DNA from: an uncultured delta proteobacterium
GTDB taxonomy: Bacteria > Desulfobacterota > RBG-13-43-22
Direction: 5' to 3'
NCBI GenBank assembly: GCA_963790475.1
Contig: CAWBOS010000010.1
Coordinates: 1,248,001-1,312,000 of the forward strand
DNA length: 64,000 bases
Position 1 is the stretch's first letter, and each line of letters begins with the position of its first letter. This document shows positions 1-9,115 of the stretch, piece after piece. The position numbers and the translations under genes were made by a program. A model generated the notes under the pieces. That model was given only the letters and a program-made list of their open reading frames with translations. It did not search any database and was not told the origin of the DNA.

Positions 1-1
1 C

Positions 2-613
2 TTATTCGGGCCAAATGGCGCCGGAAAAACAACACTAATTAACACTATTCTCGGGCTGGTCAAACCGGTCAGCGGCCTCATTACCTTAGACGGTGAGTCG
101 CTGGTAAGGCTGGAAACAGACAAGATTATCAAGATGGGAATTTCCATCGTTCCCCAGGATAGAGAATTGTTCCCTTTCATGACCGTTGAAGAAAATTTGC
201 GTGCCGGCAACGCTTACATACCCAGGGCCCGGAAGAAGTATCAGGAGCGTTTGGAATTTGTCTTCGAGATGTTTCCCGCCCTCAAAGACCGCTTAACGCA
301 ACCGGCCGGAAGTTTAAGCGGCGGTCAGCAGAGAATGGTGGCCATAGGAAGGGCCTTAATGGCCGATCCCAAGGTTTTGATTCTTGATGAGCCCTCCAGC
401 GGATTGCAGCCATCGATAGTTACGGAAGTGTTTCACCAGTTAAAGGACATCAAGAAATCGGTATCCGTTCTGGTTACGGAGCAGAATGTTCGCCAGGCCC
501 TAAAGGCAATCGACCGAGGCTATATATTGGAAAACGGTAAAATAGCCATGGCCGATACAGCCCAAAATCTTGCCGGAAACGATCACATCCGAAAATCTTA
601 CTTGGGAATTTAG
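2..613 (+). CDS. livF: Branched-chain amino acid ABC transporter ATP-binding protein (LivF-like), 5'-truncated by window edge
   Basis: The frame is open from base 2 and reads LFGPNGAGKTT (Walker A); LSGGQQRMVAIGRALM signature; LILDEPS Walker B. Confidence 0.9.
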   Translation, partial: LFGPNGAGKTTLINTILGLVKPVSGLITLDGESLVRLETDKIIKMGISIVPQDRELFPFMTVEENLRAGNAYIPRARKKYQERLEFVFEMFPALKDRLTQPAGSLSGGQQRMVAIGRALMADPKVLILDEPSSGLQPSIVTEVFHQLKDIKKSVSVLVTEQNVRQALKAIDRGYILENGKIAMADTAQNLAGNDHIRKSYLGI

Positions 614-670
614 TTCGGCTATAATTCTCTCCGCGATCTTTGTGTCGGCGGTTAAAAAGGAGATCCTCCC

Positions 671-1525
671 ATGTCGGAACCAACCATGAAAAAAGTCAGT
701 GGAGACGGGATCAAAATTCAATTGGCCCTTTGGGGAAATACCGGGAAACCAATTCTCTGCCTTCACGGCATCACCGCCAACTGTCGATCCTGGGATTGCC
801 TGGCTTCCACCCTCTCTCCCCATCACCGGGTAATGGCCATGGATCTTCGAGGAAGAGGGCTTTCGGATAAACCGCCGAGCGGATATTCCATAGATCACCA
901 CTGTCGAGATATCCTGGCGGTTATTGATGATCTTGGTTTGGAACGTGTAGTTCTCATGGGCCACTCCCTGGGGGCCTTCATTGCCCTCGTTTTTGCCGCC
1001 CAAAATCCCGAGAGAATGGATCGGCTGATCCTGGTGGACGGCGGAGGCAAACTTTCCGAAACTCAATCAACCAAGGTTTTCGCCGGGATTAAACCGGCCT
1101 TGGATCGTCTGGGACAGGTCTTTCCTTCTGCAGAGGCCTACCTGTCCCGGATGCGGGAAGCCCCCTATCTGCAGCCCTGGAATACCTATCTGGAAAACTA
1201 TGTTCGCTACGAAATTGAAGGGATCGAGGGGGGCATAAGGGTAAACATTGATCCCAAACATATTGAAGAAGAAGCTATCAATTTGGGGAAAGTGGATTCA
1301 AGCGGATTCTATTCCCAAATAAAGGTCCCAACCCTGATTTTACGGGCCGCTAATGGATTATTGGCCGAAGACGATCTTTTGCTACCGGAAGACGTCATCG
1401 ACCGAATGGTTCGTGAAATACCCGATGCCCGGCGGATAGATATAGAGGGAACCAATCATTATTCCATCCTTTTCCAACCCAATGCTCATCGTGACCGGGC
1501 CATTCTTGATTTCTTAAAGACCTGA
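671..1525 (+). CDS. Alpha/beta fold hydrolase
   Basis: CLHGIT, DLRGRGLSD, GHSLG nucleophile elbow, C-terminal NHYSI His. Confidence 0.9.
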   Translation: MSEPTMKKVSGDGIKIQLALWGNTGKPILCLHGITANCRSWDCLASTLSPHHRVMAMDLRGRGLSDKPPSGYSIDHHCRDILAVIDDLGLERVVLMGHSLGAFIALVFAAQNPERMDRLILVDGGGKLSETQSTKVFAGIKPALDRLGQVFPSAEAYLSRMREAPYLQPWNTYLENYVRYEIEGIEGGIRVNIDPKHIEEEAINLGKVDSSGFYSQIKVPTLILRAANGLLAEDDLLLPEDVIDRMVREIPDARRIDIEGTNHYSILFQPNAHRDRAILDFLKT

Positions 1526-1635
1526 TGCCTAACTCCCCTTTTGGGCATTCCGGAGAAAGGCAAAACCCGCTTTGTCATGTGGGCAGTTGCCGAATTTTTA
1601 CCAGTGGCAGGAGAAATACCCTCTTTTTGTTTAAC

Positions 1636-1665
1636 TTGACATAATGAGCTGTTTTCCTATATTAT
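1636..1665 (+). promoter_or_regulatory. Putative sigma70 promoter
   Basis: TTGACA at 1636-1641, then TATATT (16 nt spacer) or TATTAT (18 nt spacer), upstream of the acyl-CoA synthetase gene. Confidence 0.45.
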
Positions 1666-1834
1666 CCTAGTTTGAAGGGCTGTTATCATCCCATCCTTCT
1701 CCTGAGAGAAAAGTTTGGGATGGAAGGCCGATACGTCCCGGCACCGGAGCGCTGTTCGGCACTCCAGTTTTTTCATCAAGGCAGGTTCATTTTTCAGCCG
1801 TTCGAAATCCAATTATTCCAGGAGAGGTTTATTA

Positions 1835-3247
1835 ATGTCCAATCATCCACTGGAGGAGATCCTCCATCCGAAATCCATTGCCGTTGTCGGCGCATCCGAT
1901 ACCGGTCGGGGGGGTAGATTTCTTACTCCCCTTCAAGAGCAGGGATACCAGGGTCAAATATATCCTGTGAATCCAAAATACAGCCTGGTCTGCGGGCTGC
2001 CGGCTTATTCCAGGGTCAGGGACATACCTGGGCCGGTGGATTATGTCATCTCTTCCATCCCCGCCCACCAAATTCTGGATCTGGTCGAAGACTGCGGTCA
2101 AAAAGGGGTCAAGGGACTTCATCTTTTCACCGCCCGTTTCAGCGAAACCGGCAGAAAAGAGGCGGCCGATCTGGAGATGGAGATATTAAGGCGGGCCCGG
2201 AAATACGGCCTGCGCATCATCGGGCCGAATTGCATGGGGGTCTATTATCCCAGGGAAGGCATTGCCTTTAACAGCGGCATGCCCAGTGAATCCGGAAAGG
2301 TCGCCTTGATCTCCCAAAGCGGCCAGGTGGTCGGTGAGATGGTCAGTTTCGCCGGTCAGCAAGGGGTTCGATTCAGCAAAGCCATCAGCTACGGCAATGC
2401 CCTGGACTTCAACGAGTGTGATTTTTTGGAATATTTTGCCCAGGACCTGGAGACGGAAGTCATTCTCATGTACATCGAAGGGGTAAGGGACGCCCAAAGG
2501 TTCCCCGCTTCCCTGCGTCAGGCGGCATCGGTCAAACCGGTCCTTATTGTCAAGGGAGGACGGGGCCAGGCCGGAAACCGGGCCACGGTTTCCCACACGG
2601 CCTCTATGGCCGGTTCACAGCAGATTTGGGAGGCCGTGGTCAGACAGGCCGGAGCGATCAGTGTCAAAAATCTTGAAGATATGGTGGACCTGGCCATGGC
2701 TTTTAATTTTCTGCCCCCGGCCACAGGCCGAAAACTGGCGGTCCTCGGTGGAAGCGGCGGCAGCAGCGTCCTGGCTGCCGATCAATGCGAAGAGGCCGGT
2801 TTAGAGGTCATCCCCCTTCCCCAGGATCTACGTGAAAAACTAAAGAAAGCCCACAACCCCATTTGGGACTGGATTGGGAATCCGGCCGATTTTTCTATCT
2901 CCATGGGAGATCATGATCTAGCTTTCCAAATAGGGCAACTCATGGTGGATCATCCGGCCTTTGAGGTAATCATGACCTTTGTTCATGGACCCTGGGGCAG
3001 GCGAACGAAATATTTTTCGACTGAAGATCACCTTCTTCAATATAAATTTGCCATCCAATCCGCCAAACCGACTGTCTTCGTATATCAAGATTTGCGCGGA
3101 CAGGAGAAGGACGATCCGGAATTAGACAGAATAAGGCTGGAAATCAAGGGAAAATTAATTGAAAAGAATCTGGCGGTTTATCCTACCATCAACCGGGCCG
3201 CCAGGGCCCTCAGCGGGTTCATCGGTTACTATGAAAATAGGAAATAA
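1835..3247 (+). CDS. Acyl-CoA synthetase (NDP-forming) alpha-type CoA-binding protein, no ATP-grasp domain
   Basis: HPKSIAVVGAS, IIGPNCMG, SQSG, SHTASMAG phospho-His motif; start moved to ATG 1835 (RBS GGAGAGG) from the ORF-track start at 1715. Confidence 0.88.
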   Translation: MSNHPLEEILHPKSIAVVGASDTGRGGRFLTPLQEQGYQGQIYPVNPKYSLVCGLPAYSRVRDIPGPVDYVISSIPAHQILDLVEDCGQKGVKGLHLFTARFSETGRKEAADLEMEILRRARKYGLRIIGPNCMGVYYPREGIAFNSGMPSESGKVALISQSGQVVGEMVSFAGQQGVRFSKAISYGNALDFNECDFLEYFAQDLETEVILMYIEGVRDAQRFPASLRQAASVKPVLIVKGGRGQAGNRATVSHTASMAGSQQIWEAVVRQAGAISVKNLEDMVDLAMAFNFLPPATGRKLAVLGGSGGSSVLAADQCEEAGLEVIPLPQDLREKLKKAHNPIWDWIGNPADFSISMGDHDLAFQIGQLMVDHPAFEVIMTFVHGPWGRRTKYFSTEDHLLQYKFAIQSAKPTVFVYQDLRGQEKDDPELDRIRLEIKGKLIEKNLAVYPTINRAARALSGFIGYYENRK

Positions 3248-3309
3248 GAATTAACTCTTCCCGGAATTAATTAAGGGTCAAACCAGTCCATCCCAATTAG
3301 GGGGCTTTC

Positions 3310-3416
3310 GGCGTTATTTCGACCGCATCAGCAATCCGCTTCTTCGCGGCAATTAAGACTGCCTGATTTTGCCGTGGAGACTACTTAGGGGTGAGTCTCC
3401 CTAAGTGAATAACGCC
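3310..3416. repeat. Intergenic multi-hairpin element bounded by 9 bp inverted repeats
   Basis: GGCGTTATT (3310) ... AATAACGCC (3416); internal stems CGCGGCAA/TTGCCGTG and ACTTAGGG/CCCTAAGT. Confidence 0.45.
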
Positions 3417-3493
3417 TGGCCCACTCCCTGTTTTTCTCCGGTTGTCTTCCAACCTTTTTTCCATCCACCCCAATCTATAGTTTATTCGTTATT

Positions 3494-3545
3494 AAAATAC
3501 TGTATTTTCTGGTGAAAAATTACGGTTTTCCGGTATTCCATTCAT
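3494..3545 (+). promoter_or_regulatory. Conserved regulatory motif, copy A
   Basis: AAAATACT-N13-AAAAATTACGGTTTTCCGGTATTCC; same spacing at 29771 (+) and 6351-6396 (-). Confidence 0.7.
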
Positions 3546-3586
3546 GGCCTGGCTCCGTTATTCTTTCGGCTAAAGGAGACCAGACC

Positions 3587-3865
3587 ATGAACGGACATGT
3601 CAAGATCCTACATATTGATCCCGATTACCGAATCAACTATTTCATTTTTCGCCCGCGATTGTCCATCAGGACCTCAGTTCCCCTGCCGACAGCGATTGAA
3701 TTATTGAAAACAATTGATTTTGATATGATTCTATCGGAACCGCATGACAAGGTCATTCTGAAAGGGCAACAACATACCCTTAAATCCAGAATCATTAGGG
3801 GTGATAAATCCATGGAGAACGACCTTGGCGATCTCAGGAAAGTCCGCTCCAATCGATTTATCTAA
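3587..3865 (+). CDS. Small truncated receiver-like protein (paralog of 29863-30147)
   Basis: RBS AAAGGAG before ATG 3587; KILHIDPD...AIELLKTIDFDMILSEP resembles the N-terminal half of a REC domain. Confidence 0.7.
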   Translation: MNGHVKILHIDPDYRINYFIFRPRLSIRTSVPLPTAIELLKTIDFDMILSEPHDKVILKGQQHTLKSRIIRGDKSMENDLGDLRKVRSNRFI

Positions 3866-3879
3866 AGAGGGAGGGTTCT

Positions 3880-4071
3880 ATGAAACAAGATTTATTCGGC
3901 GACATTGTAAATTTGTACGACCAGACCTTTAAATTTTTAGAGGAGGAAGGAATTGCGGATAACCCAGCGGCCCCCGGTCCGACCCGCACCGAGTACCAAA
4001 ATACCTTCCGAACCGTACCTGAAAAGTATCACTTAAAGGACAACCTCTTACTCCTCCTGAAGGATGTCTGA
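3880..4071 (+). CDS. Small hypothetical protein
   Basis: RBS GAGGGAGGG; operon-like spacing after 3865. Confidence 0.55.
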   Translation: MKQDLFGDIVNLYDQTFKFLEEEGIADNPAAPGPTRTEYQNTFRTVPEKYHLKDNLLLLLKDV

Positions 4072-4149
4072 GGCTGGGCAGGGAATTTCCCCTAAGGGTT
4101 AATTACCGAATGTTAGCTCTATATTAAATCAAAAACAAGGAGGCAGCTT

Positions 4150-4488
4150 ATGGCTCAAACTTTGGAATGTAACGATCTGGTGTGTTGTGTCAGTGATGCT
4201 TGGGGAGTCTTCATGGATGGTCTGGAAAAGTCAATCCAGATGCTCGATGAAAAATTAACCGAAGCCGAACAAATGTCAGCTAAAGTCACCGGAGAATGGG
4301 CGGTGGCGATTGAACATGTCATGGATGACCTGGAAAATTTTGTTTTTTCCATCAGTGAGCCTCGCAATAGTTCCGAGGCTTATTCGAAGCGATTGAGAAA
4401 TCTCCGGCACAGGCTCCATGAACATTATGTACGTTTCAAGTCCATCAAGGAAACCAAGGGGCTGCAAGTATATTCCCCTGCGGCCTGA
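4150..4488 (+). CDS. Hypothetical helical protein
   Basis: Strong RBS AAGGAGG; 112 aa amphipathic helical sequence with N-terminal C-x4-CC. Confidence 0.75.
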   Translation: MAQTLECNDLVCCVSDAWGVFMDGLEKSIQMLDEKLTEAEQMSAKVTGEWAVAIEHVMDDLENFVFSISEPRNSSEAYSKRLRNLRHRLHEHYVRFKSIKETKGLQVYSPAA

Positions 4489-4523
4489 GTTGGAAAACCT
4501 TCGGAGAATAGGGGATAAGAAAA

Positions 4524-4844
4524 ATGGGAAGACGAGCCACAACCATCCAGGAATGGTTTTTATTGAACCAGGAGGAATTAATCCAATGCCCGTATCAAAT
4601 GGGCAACCTCAAGATCACCAGATCTTCCTGCCTTAAGCAGCGCCGGAGATCCGGAGAATGGGTATATGGAACCACAACTGATAACTTTACCCTCTTTTCT
4701 TTTGAAAATCACCTCAAGGTTTGTCGTCAATGCGATCAAATGAAACCCGGAGAATCCGACCCGGGTCCTACCATTCTCCGGCACCGGAAGACCGCTCGAA
4801 CTCCTGGAAGCCCTTATAGGCAAAAGGAACCAGCGAGAATGTGA
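4524..4844 (+). CDS. Hypothetical Cys-containing protein
   Basis: Follows 4488 on the same strand; CPY...C...CRQC could bind a metal. Confidence 0.6.
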   Translation: MGRRATTIQEWFLLNQEELIQCPYQMGNLKITRSSCLKQRRRSGEWVYGTTTDNFTLFSFENHLKVCRQCDQMKPGESDPGPTILRHRKTARTPGSPYRQKEPARM

Positions 4845-4984
4845 TGAATTGAGAGTAAGATTCCTCGTCTTGCTCCGGATAATATAATCCCGATGTCCTG
4901 GGTTTTTATTCGGCCTCAAATAGGGTTGATACGCCCTTCCATCAGGCGTCGACGCCTTACTTTTTTCCAAGGTAAAAGAATGCG

Positions 4985-5096
4985 GAAGGAAGGCCTTCGG
5001 GCCTCACCGGGTGGTCTTCCCGGAGGGACCCGTCTTGGGGATGAGACACGGCCGAAGCAGCCGGATAAACCGCTTCGGCCAGCCTTTTGGGATTAT
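4985..5096 (-). pseudogene. Decayed 5' remnant of a pyridoxamine-5'-phosphate-oxidase-like gene (paralog of 31235-31639)
   Basis: Minus strand aatcccaaaaggctggccgaagcggtttatccggctg...cctccgggaa...cgaaggc aligns with the intact gene start aatcccaagaggctaaccgaagcggttgatctggctg...cttccgggaa...cgaaggc; ATG lost and indels present. Confidence 0.7.
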
Positions 5097-5776
5097 GATT
5101 TTTCCTTTCTCCGACGAGCCTCTTTCAGGATTTCCAGCATCTCCTGATCACTGACCTGTTCGAAGTTCCGGTAAAACTGTCCTACCGCCCTGAAATCGGG
5201 GGGTAGCCGAAGACATAGGGTTTCATCCGCCTCCTCGGCCAGCTGACTGACCGAATCCGCCGGACCGACCGGGAGAGCAAGAAACAACCTGGCCGGGCCC
5301 TCGAAGCGGGCCGCACGGATAGCAGTCAGTGTGGTAGCTCCGGTCGCCACCCCATCATCAGTAATAACAACCTGATGGTTTTCGAGAGGTACCCTGGGCA
5401 ATATCTGACGAATTTTCTCCGCCCGGCAGTTCAATTCATTTAGCTGAATAGCCTTCTCCTGCTCAATCTGGTTAACGCTGATGCCCAGCAGGCGAACGAT
5501 CTCGGGATCAACAAAGGTAATGCCGCCTTCGGCAACAGCCCCCATGGCCACTTCAGGCTGGCCCGGCGTCCTCAATTTATGAGACAGGATCACATCCAGA
5601 TGGCCGTCCAAAGCCAGAGCCAGTTCACGGGCGGGAATAATTCCCCCCCGGGGGATGCCCAAGACGACTACCTTCTGTCCCCGCAGGAAATCGAATTCCC
5701 GCGCCAGAAGGCGGCCGGCCTCTATCCGATTTAAAAAAGGTTCGCTGCCATAAGAGACGATACGCAGCTTTCCCAT
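5093..5776 (-). CDS. Phosphoribosyltransferase family protein (Rv0571c/Rv2030c N-terminal type)
   Basis: FLNRIEAGRLLA, VLGIPRGG, VITDDGVATGAT PRPP-binding motif, FRAVGQFY..FEQVSD. Confidence 0.9.
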   Translation of the reverse strand: MGKLRIVSYGSEPFLNRIEAGRLLAREFDFLRGQKVVVLGIPRGGIIPARELALALDGHLDVILSHKLRTPGQPEVAMGAVAEGGITFVDPEIVRLLGISVNQIEQEKAIQLNELNCRAEKIRQILPRVPLENHQVVITDDGVATGATTLTAIRAARFEGPARLFLALPVGPADSVSQLAEEADETLCLRLPPDFRAVGQFYRNFEQVSDQEMLEILKEARRRKEKS

Positions 5777-5785
5777 AGCGGTCAG

Positions 5786-6235
5786 CTAACCTTCAATCTT
5801 TATCTGTTTGGTTTCGGTCACTTTTTTTTGGGGCATGGTCAGTCTCAATACCCCATTTTTGAAATTGGCCTGCACCTTCCCCTCATCGATTTCACCGGGT
5901 AGCCGGAGGCTCCTGGAGAAAGAACCGTAAGACGATTCCAGCAAATAGTAATTCGCCTTCTTTTCCTCAACCTTGGATTCCTTTTTCCCGCTGACTGTCA
6001 CCACATTCTTGTCAATCGTCACCGAGATGTTGTCCTTGTCCACTCCCGGGATTTCGGCCTCCAACTTGTAATTCCCCTCTTCCTCATAAAAGTTGAAGGT
6101 TGGGACCCATTCTTCCCCTTTCATCCTCTGCCATACCGGGAAGAGGCGATCCGACCAGACATCCCCCGCGGCTTCATCCCCCCAGGGTGACATCCACCAC
6201 GGCCTTCTCTCTTTCTTAAGCAACGGCATATTCAT
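5786..6235 (-). CDS. Hsp20/alpha-crystallin small heat shock protein
   Basis: AEIPGVDKDNISV, YGSFSRSLRLP, ANFKNGVLRLTMP, C-terminal IKI motif. Confidence 0.95.
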   Translation of the reverse strand: MNMPLLKKERRPWWMSPWGDEAAGDVWSDRLFPVWQRMKGEEWVPTFNFYEEEGNYKLEAEIPGVDKDNISVTIDKNVVTVSGKKESKVEEKKANYYLLESSYGSFSRSLRLPGEIDEGKVQANFKNGVLRLTMPQKKVTETKQIKIEG

Positions 6236-6350
6236 GATCCTTCCTCCTTTTTAAAATTGTTTTTAATCCTTTGGAACCTTTCGATTTCAAATGACAAAGA
6301 TCCCTCTTATCCAGATTATGAAAAAAATATGACTCTTATTGATTAAAAAA

Positions 6351-6396
6351 GGAATAACGCCAATTCATAATTTTTCTATGAGAAACACAGTATTTT
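6351..6396 (-). promoter_or_regulatory. Conserved regulatory motif, copy C, upstream of hsp20
   Basis: Minus strand AAAATACT-gtgtttctcatag-AAAAATTAtgaattggcGTTATTCC; same block spacing as copies A and B. Confidence 0.6.
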
Positions 6397-6659
6397 AATG
6401 GAATATTAGTAGTACGACCAAGTGTTGAATCCATTGCCATTACCAACTGTGAGATGAGGTGGTTGTCCGCCCCTTTGGTGTACCGGTTTCATCTTTGACA
6501 CGGCCTGGAGTTGTTCATCTTATGGAAGAAACCCGGATTTTTGCTTTTGCCCTTTGCGACGGAGGCCGTTCAGGCACGCCCTTCACCCTAAGCTTTTAGA
6601 ACGGCGTATAGATCGTCTCACCTTTTTCATAGGTCTCTCCTTGGTTAGATATTCGACGA

Positions 6660-7463
6660 TTATTTGCTTCCTACGGCCTTGAAAAAAGTATAACAGAACA
6701 CGCCGTCAGCCTCGGCCGTTCGATATAAGTCCCTAATTCCTCGTTCAAAAACATGCGGTTCAATCATTCCGGCCTTGATGGCCGATTCGCGGATACCCTC
6801 GGTCATAGCCGTAAAAGTCTTCTTGGTGAATCCTTCGACCAGCTCAGGTTTGCTGGAATCAACGTAAACCATTCGAGGAGAGACTCGAACGGAATTAAAA
6901 CCTGCTTGTTGTAACAGCGGATACAGTTCTCTCCCAATCATGGCGTTGCCACCGGCCCGCTGTTGCAGTTCAACCTGGCAAAGAATCGCTTTATGGGCGG
7001 CTTCGCTGTCCGGATAAAAATAGACCGAGCCGTGGTCCCCTTCGATGACCGTGATCGTGCCGCCTTCCCTCAAATAATCTTTCAAGATGGAGAGGGCCTG
7101 AACTGGCCGGGAGAGATGTTCCAGGACGAAACAGATGAAAATATGGTCGAAGGACTCCGGCCCATAAGGTAAATTGAAAATATCCGCCTGTTCAAATTTA
7201 ACATTCGTCAAACCGGCCGCCGCCCCTTTTTCCCTGGCTTCAGCAAGGGAGGTCTCGGAAATATCCACTGAAGTAATCAAGGCCATGGGGCTGTTCCGGG
7301 CCAGGGTAATCGTTTGGGCGCCAACGCCGCAACCGGCCTCCAGAACATGGCTTCCTGCTGGATAGGAGGTGTCGGAGTGCAGCAACTCGACTAAGGTTGT
7401 GGCCTGGTCTTGTAAACGCAGGTTTTCGCGGTGATCGTAACCGTGTACGTAAGCTTTGTTCAT
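6660..7463 (-). CDS. Class I SAM-dependent methyltransferase
   Basis: VLEAGCGVG motif I, SFDHIFICFVLEHL; start moved to MNKAYVHGY (RBS AGAGGA). Confidence 0.9.
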   Translation of the reverse strand: MNKAYVHGYDHRENLRLQDQATTLVELLHSDTSYPAGSHVLEAGCGVGAQTITLARNSPMALITSVDISETSLAEAREKGAAAGLTNVKFEQADIFNLPYGPESFDHIFICFVLEHLSRPVQALSILKDYLREGGTITVIEGDHGSVYFYPDSEAAHKAILCQVELQQRAGGNAMIGRELYPLLQQAGFNSVRVSPRMVYVDSSKPELVEGFTKKTFTAMTEGIRESAIKAGMIEPHVFERGIRDLYRTAEADGVFCYTFFKAVGSK

Positions 7464-7521
7464 GCTTTCCTCTTTGGTGCTGAACAGGAGGCCTGCGGCT
7501 CGAGGCCGCTTGGGGGCATCG

Positions 7522-8139
7522 TTATAGGGTTCCTTCATGGGCTTCTTTGTCGGGGAATATGGAATCAATCATGGCCTTCACCTCATCAAGCCACTGCCTT
7601 CTTTGAGCCTCAGTGCTGGTAATAATCGCACTGAACGTCCGGCGGCGGAATACGGGGACGCCGCAAAGCCCGAAAACACAATTTTTCCAAATCGTTTCCA
7701 GAGGGTCTCCAAAAACGTTTTTCTCTCTTTCCGGTTCCGTGTTCGAGGTGTTGAATACAACGGCGGCCCTGGCCCGAAGTAGTCCGCTTGGTATGCCCTC
7801 CCCGGAGTCTCCTTCTACAAACTCGTAGGCGATTCCGGGACGAATCACCCGGTCGATCCAGCCTTTCAAGATAGCCGGGGGTTGACCCCACCAGTTGGGG
7901 TGGACCAGGATGATGCCCTCGGCTTCGCCAATCTCCTGACAATGCCTTTCAATTTCCCACGGCAAAGGGGCATCATAGGGGATCTCTTTCCCGGCCAGCA
8001 GGGGATCGAAGTTCTCGGCATAGAGGTCATGGAATAAAACCTTGTGCTTGTTCTTCTCCAGTTGCTCGACCACGGTTCGGGCAATGGCCTGGTTAAAACT
8101 GCCCTGATCGGGATGGGCGAGAATGACTGATATTTTCAA
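7522..8139 (-). CDS. NAD(P)H-dependent oxidoreductase (flavodoxin_2 / NQO family)
   Basis: ILAHPDQGSFN, HDLYAENFDP, HPNWWGQPPAILKGWIDRV. Confidence 0.92.
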   Translation of the reverse strand: MKISVILAHPDQGSFNQAIARTVVEQLEKNKHKVLFHDLYAENFDPLLAGKEIPYDAPLPWEIERHCQEIGEAEGIILVHPNWWGQPPAILKGWIDRVIRPGIAYEFVEGDSGEGIPSGLLRARAAVVFNTSNTEPEREKNVFGDPLETIWKNCVFGLCGVPVFRRRTFSAIITSTEAQRRQWLDEVKAMIDSIFPDKEAHEGTL

Positions 8140-8224
8140 GACCGCTTCCGTTTTCCCATTTTTTTATAAAAGAGGATTCATTGTTTTTGAGATCCGGCCG
8201 GCCTATGCTATCCCGGCGTTCTGA

Positions 8225-8986
8225 TTAAAAACTTTTTTTATCCTTCATTTTTTTGTCGGAGGCCTTCCTTCCGCCAAACAAAGCCAGCTCAAATACTTTG
8301 AAAAAACAATCCACATCCTGGAACCCTATCCGGCGAAGCCATTGGCACTGTGTTTCAACGGAGGTCAGAAAGTTCTCCTTCTTGTCGGGCCGCTGGTAGT
8401 AGGCCTCTTCGACCTCCGGCCTTGTTTTACCCGGATTTGCGTCTCGGTGGAAACGCAACAGGTGGTCGACAAAAAAACTGTCAAAAAGCGTGCTGCCCGG
8501 AGGGGTCGCTGAACTGACGTGTTCGAGGTTCAAGAAAACACCTCCCTCGTTAAGGAGTCCATGAATTTCGGCATAGAGCCCCCTCTTTCGCGCATCCGGT
8601 TGGTGGTGGATGGCAAAACCGGATACAATGACGTCAAAAGGTCTTTCAAATTCAAAGCCCTTCACCCAGGCCGGTGTTGCAAAATTAACCTCGGAGATTG
8701 TTGCCCGTTGGTTGCGGCCGACCTGGTTTCGTAACGCTTCCAACATGGGCTCCGAGAAATCAGCGAAGACCACCTGTACTCCGGGGCAGGCATCAAGCAG
8801 CACCCGGCCAAGGGCCCCATCTCCGCACCCCAGGTCCAATATCTTGGATGGCTGCGGATACCACATGTTTACGATCTTGCTGAGCACTTCCAACTGGAAA
8901 TCGGCTCCGGGGATAGCCCTTCGAACGCCTTTTAAAAAGGTCCGGGCCAGTTCCTCGGTTTGCCATTGGCTATGCTGCTCTTCCAT
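8225..8986 (-). CDS. Class I SAM-dependent methyltransferase
   Basis: ILDLGCGDG, DFSEPML, FDVIVSGFAIHH, L..GGVFLNLE. Confidence 0.9.
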   Translation of the reverse strand: MEEQHSQWQTEELARTFLKGVRRAIPGADFQLEVLSKIVNMWYPQPSKILDLGCGDGALGRVLLDACPGVQVVFADFSEPMLEALRNQVGRNQRATISEVNFATPAWVKGFEFERPFDVIVSGFAIHHQPDARKRGLYAEIHGLLNEGGVFLNLEHVSSATPPGSTLFDSFFVDHLLRFHRDANPGKTRPEVEEAYYQRPDKKENFLTSVETQCQWLRRIGFQDVDCFFKVFELALFGGRKASDKKMKDKKSF

Positions 8987-9024
8987 CCCTATTCCTCATC
9001 CGAGAAGTACCTCTATTGTCTCTG

Positions 9025-9093
9025 GAAGCCCCGCCCCCGAAGCCCTGACCTTTAGCGATTGTTATCCGTCCCGGCGCAGGAAGCGGGGATTTC
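9025..9093. repeat. Imperfect GC-rich inverted repeat (IS200/IS605-end-like or REP-like)
   Basis: GAAGCCCCGC ... GCGGGGATTTC in intergenic space. Confidence 0.35.
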
Positions 9094-9115
9094 ATATCAT
9101 CCTAACACTTTCCCT

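Noticed and set aside
4988-5003. Hairpin AGGCC-TTCG-GGCCT as a terminator
   Set aside because: No U-tract, and it lies inside the PNPOx-like remnant, so it cannot be called confidently
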